A program made the translations under genes and the position numbers. From contig NC_069003.1 of NCBI RefSeq assembly GCF_001194135.2, positions 27,091,687-27,152,205 on the forward strand: 60,519 nt of DNA, given 5' to 3'. This DNA is from Octopus bimaculoides (taxonomy: Eukaryota). Shown piece after piece: positions 1-11,782 of the stretch (position 1 is its first letter; each line of letters opens with the position of its first letter). The notes under the pieces were generated by a model. It saw nothing but the letters and a program-made list of their open reading frames with translations, searched no databases and was not told where the DNA came from.

Positions 1-86
1 TTACATACAGAATACTTTATAGGAATATAATTACAACCCCCGGCTGGCATTTTATTTTAGCGTAACTGGAATAACGAAAGGGTTAA
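1..86. mobile_element. Possible right end of a piggyBac-like MITE
   Basis: Ends in AACGAAAGGG followed by TTAA (83-86), the CCCTTT/TTAA terminus typical of piggyBac. The other end would lie outside the window, so the TIR pair cannot be checked. Confidence 0.35.
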
Positions 87-192
87 GTGGATCTCGACAG
101 GAGAACGACGGACGAAATGAAGTAAGGCATCAAGTTACCTCCCTTTACTCACTGGGTTCGTTTTTTTCCCCAATTATTTTTGTCGGGATCGA

Positions 193-277
193 TACTAGTA
201 GTAGTAGTAATAGTGGTGGTCGTGGATGTCGGCAGTAGTAATAGTAGTAGTAGAGGTGGTGGTGGTGGTGGCTGTTG

Positions 278-311
<34 letters not shown>

Positions 312-312
312 C
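193..312. repeat. (TAG)n/(TGG)n compound trinucleotide microsatellite
   Basis: Seen directly. Confidence 0.9.
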
Positions 313-498
313 GTTGGTGGGGCTGGCTGTGGGGGTGTTGATGATAATAATAATGATAATAATGATATTAATAGTTAGTTTCGTTTTTTTAAAATTTTCT
401 GTTATTGTCATTTATTTTGAAGAATAATGTTGATTTATCTCTTAACTGTTACACCGAGTGCTTTGATGTGCATACATACATACATACATGACGCGCAC

Positions 499-534
<36 letters not shown>

Positions 535-716
535 CTTATCTATCTCCCCCTCTCGTTCTTCTTCCTTTTGTAGTCCTTGCTTTTCCCCTTCACTGCTATA
601 TCTCTCTCTTACTCTTCCTCCCTGTCTCTCGTCGCTCACCTATGTTCAACTTCCCACCTTTTCCTCTCTCTACCACTCCTCGTTGATCACACGTGACCTG
701 TGGTCANNNNNNNNNN

Positions 717-764
717 CTAAGCATTTCGCCCGGCGTGTTAACGTTTCTGCCAGCTCGCCGCCTT
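717..764 (-). mobile_element. SINE family A, 5' head fragment cut by a 10-N gap
   Basis: CTAAGCATTTCGCCCGGCGTGTTAACGTTTCTGCCAGCTCGCCGCCTT matches the heads of the copies at 42294-42527 and 45027-45259. Confidence 0.85.
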
Positions 765-1251
765 AATTTACAAATTCTGTTTGGGTTTACATAAAAAAGG
801 AAGCCGAAAGAATTGGGAAAGACGGTGGAATGAAATAAAGGCATCCATAACATACAAAATATATGATAATACAAACAATGAAGTCCTCCAGTAATAAAGA
901 TAATAAACGAATTCAGAAGCCTTAAGATGGATATACATTACATTTCAATAAATATGTTAACTAATTGCATATGACGTCAGTAATATGATTATGCTAACAT
1001 CTCTGTCATCTTGTATCCTTCCAGGACCTAATCTCCAATTAATCTATTTATAGCTGTATTATAACCGTTGCTGGTTCCAGTAAGATTTTTTAGTAAGGAA
1101 ATCCCAAAGGAATAAACACGTTTTCCGTGAACATTACACCAGGCTTTATAATAATCTGTTTATATTTTCCTAGATCATCGAACAGTGTGTCTCAATAATT
1201 ACCAGACTCATCAATCAAAAAGAACTGGAGAAAAGAGTACAATATTATTTG

Positions 1252-1284
<33 letters not shown>

Positions 1285-1999
1285 NNNNNNNNNNNNNNNN
1301 NNNNNNNNNNNNNNNNNNNNNNNNNNNNNNNNNNNNNNNNNNNNNNNNNNNNNNNNNNNNNNNNNNNNNNNNNNNNNNNNNNNNNNNNNNNNNNNNNNNN
1401 NNNNNNNNNNNNNNNNNNNNNNNNNNNNNNNNNNNNNNNNNNNNNNNNNNNNNNNNNNNNNNNNNNNNNNNNNNNNNNNNNNNNNNNNNNNNNNNNNNNN
1501 NNNNNNNNNNNNNNNNNNNNNNNNNNNNNNNNNNNNNNNNNNNNNNNNNNNNNNNNNNNNNNNNNNNNNNNNNNNNNNNNNNNNNNNNNNNNNNNNNNNN
1601 NNNNNNNNNNNNNNNNNNNNNNNNNNNNNNNNNNNNNNNNNNNNNNNNNNNNNNNNNNNNNNNNNNNNNNNNNNNNNNNNNNNNNNNNNNNNNNNNNNNN
1701 NNNNNNNNNNNNNNNNNNNNNNNNNNNNNNNNNNNNNNNNNNNNNNNNNNNNNNNNNNNNNNNNNNNNNNNNNNNNNNNNNNNNNNNNNNNNNNNNNNNN
1801 NNNNNNNNNNNNNNNNNNNNNNNNNNNNNNNNNNNNNNNNNNNNNNNNNNNNNNNNNNNNNNNNNNNNNNNNNNNNNNNNNNNNNNNNNNNNNNNNNNNN
1901 NNNNNNNNNNNNNNNNNNNNNNNNNNNNNNNNNNNNNNNNNNNNNNNNNNNNNNNNNNNNNNNNNNNNNNNNNNNNNNNNNNNNNNNNNNNNNNNNNNN

Positions 2000-2033
<34 letters not shown>

Positions 2034-2215
2034 GTAATAACAGTAAAAATAAGTGTAATAAGAATAATGATGATGATGTTTATGATGATGATAATAATGA
2101 CGATGTGATAATGATAATGATGATGATGATAATAATGATGATAATGATGATGGTGAGGATGATGATGATGATGATGATAATGATGATGAAGATGATGAAG
2201 AGGATGTTGATGATT
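2000..2215. repeat. (AAT)n grading into (GAT)n microsatellite
   Basis: Seen directly. Confidence 0.9.
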
Positions 2216-2497
2216 ACGGTGAAACAAAATTAAAAAACGAAAAAAAAAATCAGACATAAACACATGTACACAGACACACACATATATATACCGACACACT
2301 CACACAAATGGTGCAAACGCACACATACACACACATACGCATACGCATATACACATTCAAACACTTACAGAGACAAAGATACACGTTTCTGAACGCACAC
2401 TCGTACAATGGCACAAATACACACGCACCCACCCACCCACACACACACACACACACACATACACACACACACATACACATACACACTCACACACAAA

Positions 2498-2533
<36 letters not shown>

Positions 2534-2745
2534 AACACAATCACACGCATACAGATGGATATACATATACACACATATACATTCACGCAGTCACATAAAC
2601 TCAAAAGCACAAAACTGCAAACACATATACATACAAATATATACATATACATCAATGATAAATAATATTTTTATTGGTAACAAAAAATTGCAAAGCTACA
2701 AATATAATTGTTATACTAAAATATAGTATAATGTAATGATATAGT

Positions 2746-2795
<50 letters not shown>

Positions 2796-4039
2796 NNNNN
2801 NNNNNNNNNNNNNNNNNNNNNNNNNNNNNNNNNNNNNNNNNNNNNNNNNNNNNNNNNNNNNNNNNNNNNNNNNNNNNNNNNNNNNNNNNNNNNNNNNNNN
2901 NNNNNNNNNNNNNNNNNNNNNNNNNNNNNNNNNNNNNNNNNNNNNNNNNNNNNNNNNNNNNNNNNNNNNNNNNNNNNNNNNNNNNNNNNNNNNNNNNNNN
3001 NNNNNNNNNNNNNNNNNNNNNNNNNNNNNNNNNNNNNNNNNNNNNNNNNNNNNNNNNNNNNNNNNNNNNNNNNNNNNNNNNNNNNNNNNNNNNNNNNNNN
3101 NNNNNNNNNNNNNNNNNNNNNNNNNNNNNNNNNNNNNNNNNNNNNNNNNNNNNNNNNNNNNNNNNNNNNNNNNNNNNNNNNNNNNNNNNNNNNNNNNNNN
3201 NNNNNNNNNNNNNNNNNNNNNNNNNNNNNNNNNNNNNNNNNNNNNNNNNNNNNNNNNNNNNNNNNNNNNNNNNNNNNNNNNNNNNNNNNNNNNNNNNNNN
3301 NNNNNNNNNNNNNNNNNNNNNNNNNNNNNNNNNNNNNNNNNNNNNNNNNNNNNNNNNNNNNNNNNNNNNNNNNNNNNNNNNNNNNNNNNNNNNNNNNNNN
3401 NNNNNNNNNNNNNNNNNNNNNNNNNNNNNNNNNNNNNNNNNNNNNNNNNNNNNNNNNNNNNNNNNNNNNNNNNNNNNNNNNNNNNNNNNNNNNNNNNNNN
3501 NNNNNNNNNNNNNNNNNNNNNNNNNNNNNNNNNNNNNNNNNNNNNNNNNNNNNNNNNNNNNNNNNNNNNNNNNNNNNNNNNNNNNNNNNNNNNNNNNNNN
3601 NNNNNNNNNNNNNNNNNNNNNNNNNNNNNNNNNNNNNNNNNNNNNNNNNNNNNNNNNNNNNNNNNNNNNNNNNNNNNNNNNNNNNNNNNTATATAAGAAA
3701 CTACATTAACACAACAAATATGACCCACCGTAACTAGTAAGGAATTCAACAATACGAGAGCATCTGCAAGCAACTGGAAAGCCCTTGTGATTGGCAAAGT
3801 TCCTAGTTACTACTTAACCAGTACGTGTGAATCTGAGGTATTCGATGAATTAATAAACAGGCCAGTATGAACATCTGAATGGTTACTAAAGGGGAAAACA
3901 ATGTTTACTTCCAAATATAAAATAGCTAAAGACGCCCAAATATACAGAAGTATTATAACTTGTTTGCCAGCATCCTACAATCCCTTATATATAGACTCGA
4001 TGTAAAGAAAAGAAACATCGTCGGCTCACTTGGGAAATA

Positions 4040-4329
4040 CACCGTCTCCTCGATTTACGACCGAGTTCTGTTCCGACTGACAAGGTCGTATGTCAGATTT
4101 ATGTTTTACAATACTATTTTCATTCAAACGCAACTGATGCTTGAAAGACAATGGCAGGCAGTGGATACGTGTGTCTGGGGAAGGTCTGCATTGCCGAGAT
4201 GTTGCCATAGTTATCGTACGCGCATCCGTCCAACGTCCGAAAAACAATTATTTATTTATTCATTTATTTTTTGTGGTCGGAAGTCCAGATGGTCGTAAGT
4301 TGGATAAGTCGTAAGTCGAGGAGAAGGTG
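4040..4329. mobile_element. 290-bp Tc1/mariner-superfamily MITE (pogo/Tigger-like)
   Basis: 22-bp TIRs match at 20/22 (CACCGTCTCCTCGATTTACGAC at 4040-4061; the right arm 4308-4329 reverse-complements to CACCTTCTCCTCGACTTACGAC). TA on both flanks (4038-39, 4330-31). Subterminal GGTCGTAAGT-like repeats. Confidence 0.85.
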
Positions 4330-4480
4330 TAGTAACGTCTTATTAGAGAAATAGAACGGTGCCATTACTGAATACAGTAAAAAGATGAAAAGATGATATG
4401 GACTGACTGTAGAGAAGCATACAATACTCTTGGGTATGAGAGAGGCTCCATATTAATTAAACGTATCTAGTGCAAACACG

Positions 4481-4660
4481 AAGGTGGTGGGCTGGTAGAA
4501 TCGTTAGCGTGTCGAACAAAATGCTCAAAAGCATTTCTTCCTGTTTTTTAGGTTCTGAGTTAAAATCCCGCCGAGATCACGTTTGCTTTACATCGAGCTT
4601 TGGAATAGATAAAATGAAACACCAGTCAAGTATTGGGATCGGTGTAAATCGATTTGATTC
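4481..4660 (+). mobile_element. SINE family A, diverged near-full copy
   Basis: A-box-like GCTGGTAGAATCG, B-box-like GAGTTAAAATCC and a degenerate core; colinear with the other A copies. Confidence 0.75.
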
Positions 4661-4804
4661 ACTAGACCCCAGTGTTGAACCCAATCCTGGGCCAATGAAC
4701 TTGACAAAGACAGACGTACTGTTGAAATATTGTTCAATGAATAAAACATTTATACAATCGAATCATGCTCTTCATCTTGAATATTATTAATATTATTAAT
4801 AATA

Positions 4805-4995
4805 ATTTCTACTAAAGGCAGAAGGAGGGGAGTAGTCGACTACATCGACCCCAGTGTTCCACTGGTATTTATCGACCCCAAAAGGATAAAAGACAAAGTC
4901 GACCTCGATAGAATTTGAAATCACAACGTTAGTATAGACGGAATGGCGGTAAATATTTTGCCCGGTGTGTTAACGATTCTGCCGGCTCACCGTTT
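4805..4995 (-). mobile_element. SINE family A, near-full copy
   Basis: AGTCGACTACATCGACCCCAGTG...AAAGTCGACCTCG...GAATTTGAA...CCCGGTGTGTTAACGATTCTGCCGGCTC. Confidence 0.85.
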
Positions 4996-5026
4996 TAAAC
5001 GCCTCAGCTAATATCGGTTTCACGTT

Positions 5027-5085
5027 TTAGCACAAGGTCAGTAATTTCGAGGAAGGGAAAAGTCGATTACGTCGGCCCCAGTGAC
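5027..5085 (-). mobile_element. SINE family A, 3' tail fragment
   Basis: GCACAAGGTCAGTAATTTCGAGG...AGTCGATTACGTCGGCCCCAGTG matches the A tail. Confidence 0.65.
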
Positions 5086-5181
5086 CAACAAAGATTATGA
5101 CATGATGACGTTTTCTATGAAGAATGAAATGGTGCTGTACATGAAAGCCATTGATTTTAAGAACTTCGTAATAAGTAAACG

Positions 5182-5219
<38 letters not shown>

Positions 5220-5897
5220 TCTATGCATCTTTTTCCTTATTCCTTAATTTTAAATTCAACCTTCTATTCCTGCCAAATACTATGACGAAATGATTATCTC
5301 CCATTTACTAACTGTCTGCGTATTTGAATATAAAATAGTACGGAAATATCAAACGTAGATTATATATTCAAAACAAGGAAACAATTGAGCATTTCATTTC
5401 TGGCTGCTAAACATTTGCAAAATCATGTTATATATATGATCGAATAAGAAGCTGCCTACATATGTGAAATATAGCAACGTATCGACGTCAAATCTAAGAA
5501 GGTGTATAAGCGAGTATGAAACCCAGTTTGCTGTAATGACGTGGTTACTATAAGCTGGGAGCCATCTGTCTATATTGACAAGGTGATCAAGGCTACGGTA
5601 GGTGCATGTCTACAATGACAAGATCATGGCAAATAATCAAGATATAATTATCAAAGACAGGATTGCGAATCTATGTATTACAACACAGCTGACAGAATAC
5701 ATCCAATAACACATCACTGCCCACACAAAATACGTTTTATATAATCCTCACTCAATAATATACTACACCCGACGCTCTACCAAAAACTCATAGCCTATAT
5801 AATCGACATTGTAACACAATGTTCACAGCACATACTCTACAAGGTCACTACATGACATTAAGGCATATAACGCACCTCACAAATTCCACATAACTGA

Positions 5898-6178
5898 ACT
5901 CCGTCGGTTACGACAACGAGGGTTCCAGTTGAACCGATCAACGGAACAGCTTGCTCGTGAAATTAACGTGCAAGTGGCTGAGCACTCCGCAGACACGTGT
6001 ACCCTTAACGTAGTTCTCAAGAGGATTCAATGTGACACAGAGTGTGATAAGACTGGCCCTTTTGAAATACAGGTATTACTCGTTTTTGCCAGCTGAGTGG
6101 ACTGGAGCAACGTGAAATAATGTCTTGCTCATGGACACAACGCATCACCCTGTCTAGAAATTGAAACCACGATCTCGC
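5898..6178 (-). mobile_element. SINE family C2: truncated tRNA head, CORE-like segment, tail shared with C1
   Basis: The reverse complement of 5898-6075 aligns with the tail of 40361-40737. 6100-6178 aligns with 39960-40034. Confidence 0.85.
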
Positions 6179-6991
6179 AACACCCTAGGCTTTGCATCCT
6201 CACACACACACACACACACACGCGCGCGCGCGCACACACACACATAACGAAAGCAAGGGTAAAGTTATACAATAAGTTAATGTGGGATAAGTTAAAATCA
6301 ATTATATGGAATTTAATAGAAGATTGCGGGAAAATGGAATAATTATGCAAGATATAAGAACCTGTGATGGGTCAGAACATCCTAACCCCTTCCATCAGTC
6401 CTTTTATTGAGTTCTCATGTATCAAATGGCACTTGTTAACATCTTTGGAGTTAGTTAAGTATCTTCCCACGCTCTCAGGTTCAGATTCTTTCACATAGTA
6501 ATAGCATATTCGTTAACACTTCGTCGATGATATACCTATTAATAATTTTTCCTGTTTATAATTATTGTCTCCTACACAATTCTCTTTCACGAATATTTCG
6601 CCGTCGCACTGATAAGTCGATTTCGAATATGTATTCAATGCTTCTCTAACATCCATTGTGAACCTCATAACGTTTTCTTGAAGGCATGGGGTTCATCACA
6701 TTTTTCATAGCCTTTTCTTGAGACTTACCGTAACGTTTTTGAAGGATCTTCCCCTTCTTTTCCTTGTTCTCATGGAGAGAGAATAATACAATCTGTTTCT
6801 GATCACAAGACGATGACAGATAGGGTATAACTGTTTGCTATGAACAGAAGGCAGGGCTCTTGGTCTCTAGCTTTCAGGATATGGCACGGAGCTGTTACTA
6901 ATGGTACTCTGAAAACTGGCGGTTGTTGTTCTTGTTTCTACTTCGAAATCTTCTCTTTTGCTTTTCCAGCAAGATGATTTTACAACCTTAC

Positions 6992-7177
6992 GTATAGTAA
7001 CTAGTTGACTTGCAGAGCGCCACCAGTCCAATACCCTTCCCATTCACGCCTTCTGGATAAAACTCCTGCATGATCATGTAGTTGTTAGGGATCATCAGGA
7101 ATTGCAAGTGTATCCTGAACTTTGCCGACCACACGCCGCCCTTCATCATCTCTAAAACCTGCCACCAATCCAAACTA
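6992..7177 (-). CDS. Candidate coding exon or foreign coding fragment of unknown product
   Basis: Open frame ...LDWWQVLEMMKGGVWSAKFRIHLQFLMIPNNYMIMQEFYPEGVNGKGIGLVALCKSTSYYT. 38 of the 54 codons from EMMK onward end in G/C. Donor-like AC|GTAAGG at 6991-6986; acceptor uncertain. Confidence 0.3.
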
Positions 7178-7538
7178 CTAACAGACAGGTTGCACCGAGT
7201 TAGGGAGGAATGCCGATGTCCGGTCCATGAATCTCATCATTGAATCCCTTAGCCTAAAATACTAAGGTACACATATATGGTCAGAAATATGCCATAGTAT
7301 TTCGAACTGTTCCTGGGATGCACCTTCGATCGCAAGAAACGACACTGATAACCAGTTCGCTCGACCACATGAAACCAAGAGAATTTCTGCCATTAAAAAG
7401 ACACAAATAAATAAGCTTATGCGTTGCCTCCTGTTTTATATATTATTTGAGCAAACAGATTGTCTCAAATGATAACATCTTTCCACGACCATGCTTTGAA
7501 GGTTTGTAACGTTATTACTTTTGCCTTTGTTAGTGTTT

Positions 7539-7540
<2 letters not shown>

Positions 7541-7593
<53 letters not shown>

Positions 7594-7603
7594 CATTATT
7601 ATT
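7541..7603. repeat. (ATT)n microsatellite
   Basis: Seen directly. Confidence 0.95.
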
Positions 7604-7753
7604 ATGTGTTGTTCAGGGCTCTCTGCGATTCTACTGTTTTCTGTTAAAGGGTTAATTTTTCCCGTTTTGCTTTCAATGTGTTTTTCCTTTTTAAGTGAAC
7701 AGTGATGTTCTAACCACATTCTCTCTGGGGCATGTCTGGCTACTTGGTTTCGA

Positions 7754-7767
7754 GTTGCCATGGCTAC
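7754..7767. promoter_or_regulatory. RFX X-box motif
   Basis: GTTGCCATGGCTAC, one mismatch from the palindromic GTTGCCATGGCAAC. Function not shown. Confidence 0.4.
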
Positions 7768-7854
7768 AAAACAGATGAAAGCAAGAATAAAAATATTTTT
7801 TAAAAAAATCTATAAATACAAATCCTTGTCGTGGGATTCGTGATCTTAATCATG

Positions 7855-8110
7855 GCGATGTCGATGATGATCATGATGGTGACGATGGCGATGATGGTGA
7901 TTCTGACGATGATGGTGACGATGGCGATGATGGTGATTCTGACGATGATGGTAGTGATGGTACTTAAGTCGGTGGCGATAAACGTACTGGATAATGATGG
8001 TACTGATTGTGATGCTGAGGATTACGATGCTGCTGCTGCTGATGAGGATGATGGTCAAGTTGATGAAGATGATAATGATGGCTATAATGGTAATAATGAT
8101 GGGGAACAAA
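7855..8110. repeat. Degenerate (GAT/GGT/GAC)n low-complexity array
   Basis: Seen directly; includes a ~33-bp internal duplication (GATGATGGTGACGATGGCGATGATGGTGATTCT). Confidence 0.85.
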
Positions 8111-9312
8111 AACATGATGGCTGCAATTTCATGTTGACATATCGATTTTTATGGCTACTGCGACAAATATATGTTAGTGCTTGAGGATGTATGTATGTAG
8201 TTATGCATGCGTATGTACGTATGTGAAGCGCCGATTTCTTGTGTTTTATAACAAAGCACTCAATATATAAAATGGAGTTAATATATTTTATGCGAAACGG
8301 TGCTTTCTTAAAACGTTACACTGAGTTTCGTATTACTGATGAATAAAGCAACTGAAATAGGAAAGTCGTTTGACAGTGTATTAGCAGAAATATTTGTGAA
8401 CACATCGAAAAATGATTAATCATCAAGCTTTGGTTAACTACTGGAAAATATCATTAAATTTGCGTCATATATTTATCTATTCAATTGCCATTTGCAGAAA
8501 ACGTAATATAATGCAAAAATAAATGATATTTTTATGTCATTAGTATCATATATATATAAAATACACGAAAGCAAAAAGTCAGTTAGTGTCGATGAAATTT
8601 TAATGCTATTAATTGTCCTTAATGTTATCGAAACAAATCTAATAACAAACACATCTAAGGTGTGTATATTTCAATGCATTGGATATCCTGTTAAATATCA
8701 GTGAAAGAAAATAAACAAAAAAACACTGTATGAGGCGAACATAAAATACTTTTAAAAACAGAGTCTTCCAACATAGGTATATCTTTTAGCAATCAGAATA
8801 AGGTTTAACCGCCTCTCTGCTCATATATATCTGGAGTTCAAGTTACGACGGTGTTAACAATTAAGAAACTAATTCATTCATTATAGCGAACGTACCCGCC
8901 TACATTAATGGCTCCGAAAGGTGTGAATTCTTGTCTTTGCAACAAAGACAAAAAAAAAAAAAAACCCAAAAAAACGGAGAACATGGTACACAATTCCGAA
9001 TACGACAAGAAATGACAACAGGCGTCTTTCGACTGAGAACGATTCAAATTGATCTGACGTGTATGAAGTGAAAGCCTAAAGGCAGGAACATGGGAGATGG
9101 ACACAAGACGTGTTGAAGGTCGACAGTCCGGCCAAGAAAAAAAAAGATCATGGCTTGCCGGACATCGGTCACGTGGAAGGAGGAGAGATGGGTAGAGGAC
9201 AGTGGGATTGAAGGGTTTGAAAAAATATCAGAGACAAAGAGAAAGGTGCAGGGGAGATAAACGAGAGAGAAATAGCGAGAGCTAAAGAAAAGGAGGACCA
9301 AGAAATGTGTGC

Positions 9313-9356
<44 letters not shown>

Positions 9357-9664
9357 GCACACACAAACACACACACACGCACACACACATATATATATAT
9401 GAACACACGCTTATAAAGCCGTATATTTATATGTGATTTCATATACATATATAGATAAATACTGTATATATTAGAGCGAACTGAGTATATGCATTTATGT
9501 AAGAATCGTGAGTTTACACACACGTAGAAAGGCGCGCACGCATTTATATATATGTATGCACCAAGCACCCCGTTAATTATAAATATTACATGCACGCACT
9601 CACACGTGCATGTATATAAGTTTATATATGTGTATATATGTATCTATGTTTGTATGTATGCATG

Positions 9665-9709
<45 letters not shown>

Positions 9710-10789
9710 ATGTATTTGTATATTTGTATGCATGTATGTGTGTTAGACTGAGTGGTTAGTCGCCATTCATAATGGAGTTAAAAGGCAGTGGATTGTTCAA
9801 TGTCGACACCACACACACGCACGCACNNNNNNNNNNNNNNNNNNNNNNNNNNNNNNNNNNNNNNNNNNNNNNNNNNNNNNNNNNNNNNNNNNNNNNNNNN
9901 NNNNNNNNNNNNNNNNNNNNNNNNNNNNNNNNNNNNNNNNNNNNNNNNNNNNNNNNNNNNNNNNNNNNNNNNNNNNNNNNNNNNNNNNNNNNNNNNNNNN
10001 NNNNNNNNNNNNNNNNNNNNNNNNNNNNNNNNNNNNNNNNNNNNNNNNNNNNNNNNNNNNNNNNNNNNNNNNNNNNNNNNNNNNNNNNNNNNNNNNNNNN
10101 NNNNNNNNNNNNNNNNNNNNNNNNNNNNNNNNNNNNNNNNNNNNNNNNNNNNNNNNNNNNNNNNNNNNNNNNNNNNNNNNNNNNNNNNNNNNNNNNNNNN
10201 NNNNNNNNNNNNNNNNNNNNNNNNNNNNNNNNNNNNNNNNNNNNNNNNNNNNNNNNNNNNNNNNNNNNNNNNNNNNNNNNNNNNNNNNNNNNNNNNNNNN
10301 NNNNNNNNNNNNNNNNNNNNNNNNNNNNNNNNNNNNNNNNNNNNNNNNNNNNNNNNNNNNNNNNNNNNNNNNNNNNNNNNNNNNNNNNNNNNNNNNNNNN
10401 NNNNNNNNNNNNNNNNNNNNNNNNNNNNNNNNNNNNNNNNNNNNNNNNNNNNNNNNNNNNNNNNNNNNNNNNNNNNNNNNNNNNNNNNNNNNNNNNNNNN
10501 NNNNNNNNNNNNNNNNNNNNNNNATATATATATATATATATATATACAAATGTATATTCATCAGGTTACGGGCAGTGAAGAAATGCTCTGTGGAGGTTAT
10601 ACGTACTGTAAAGCAAATTTTAGTAAAAAGGCCTTTTCACTCTAAGACTATATATAAATATATGATGACATAAAATTGTTATTTATAAATATATGTAAAC
10701 TGATGCATACATACATAGGCAAACATGCGTACATGCGCGCGCACACCAGTATACAAATATATAATACATCCACATATATATTATATGTG

Positions 10790-10990
10790 TGTATGTGTTT
10801 TTTCCCCCGCAACATCGCTTGACAACCGATGCTGGTGTGTTTACGTCCCCGTAACTTAGCGGTTTGGCAAAAAGGAACGATAGAATAAGTACTAGGCTTA
10901 CAAAGAATGTGTCCTGGTGTCGATTTGCTCGACTAATGGCGGTGCTCCAGCACGGCCGCAGTCAAATGACCGAAACAAGAAAACGAAAAA
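10790..10990 (+). mobile_element. SINE family B, 3' half
   Basis: AACATCGCTTGACAACCGATGCTGGTGTGTTTACGTCCCCGTAACTTAGCGG...GGCGGTGCTCCAGCACGGCCGCAGTCAAATGAC, highly similar to 47662-47884. Confidence 0.9.
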
Positions 10991-11122
10991 AAAGAAAATA
11001 TGTGTGTGTGTATAAATATTCATACGTATACTTATGTGTGTAATACTTACACGCACGCATGCGCAAAGAACCGAACCCTGTACTTCTCAAATTCTGGCCG
11101 AGCGCTCTAGCTNNNNNNNNNN

Positions 11123-11158
<36 letters not shown>

Positions 11159-11222
11159 ACACACACAGGTGAGAGGCAGATATTCTCTATATAGAATTCG
11201 GAAAAAAATGTACATATATATA

Positions 11223-11381
11223 TTTACATATAAAAAGGCCCGACTTACGCAGAATAGAAATGATACCACAGATTAAAGGATTTGAATAAGAGTTTTACGA
11301 GTCCCATAAGAGTTTTTATGAGCCCCTTCAATCCCTGATATCCTTTCTATTCCGTGTAAGTCGGACCTTTTTATATGTAAA
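11223..11381. mobile_element. Hairpin (fold-back) MITE-like element
   Basis: Arms 11223-11279 and 11325-11381 are inverted repeats of ~57 bp at ~85% identity. The ~45-bp spacer holds two direct copies of ATAAGAGTTTT. Confidence 0.7.
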
Positions 11382-11748
11382 CATATGTCCATATTTTCTG
11401 TTAAATGTATTTGATATTTGTTGTATATCTACTTGCCTAGTTTGCTTATCCTACATACATAGATACATACATACATACAAACATACATACAAACATACAT
11501 ACATACATACATATATACACTAATATACACACACATACAAACATATGTATAACGTTCCCACGTATATATTATTCGTTCTAATATGTGGATTTATAATAAA
11601 CAAATGTCTGCATGTATATTTACTCTTTAACGTATGTTTATGTTTCAGATTATTAAAAAGAAGACATATTTGCTATACATCCACTCTCGGGTCCACCGAC
11701 GCTGAATTCAATTATATACAAGCACAAACACACAGACACACACACATA

Positions 11749-11782
<34 letters not shown>

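Noticed and set aside
972-979. Isolated TF motifs: CRE TGACGTCA here, CCAAT boxes near 17170 and 21610, ETS ACTTCCGG at 59992
   Set aside because: Motifs of 8 bp or less are expected by chance in 50 kb and have no supporting context.
8330-8360. CTGATGA...GAAA as a hammerhead
   Set aside because: No stem II, stem III or stem I can be formed.
8931-8951. 9-bp hairpin TTGTCTTTG-CAA-CAAAGACAA next to an A-run
   Set aside because: It looks like a terminator but is short, AT-rich and meaningless in this eukaryotic context.
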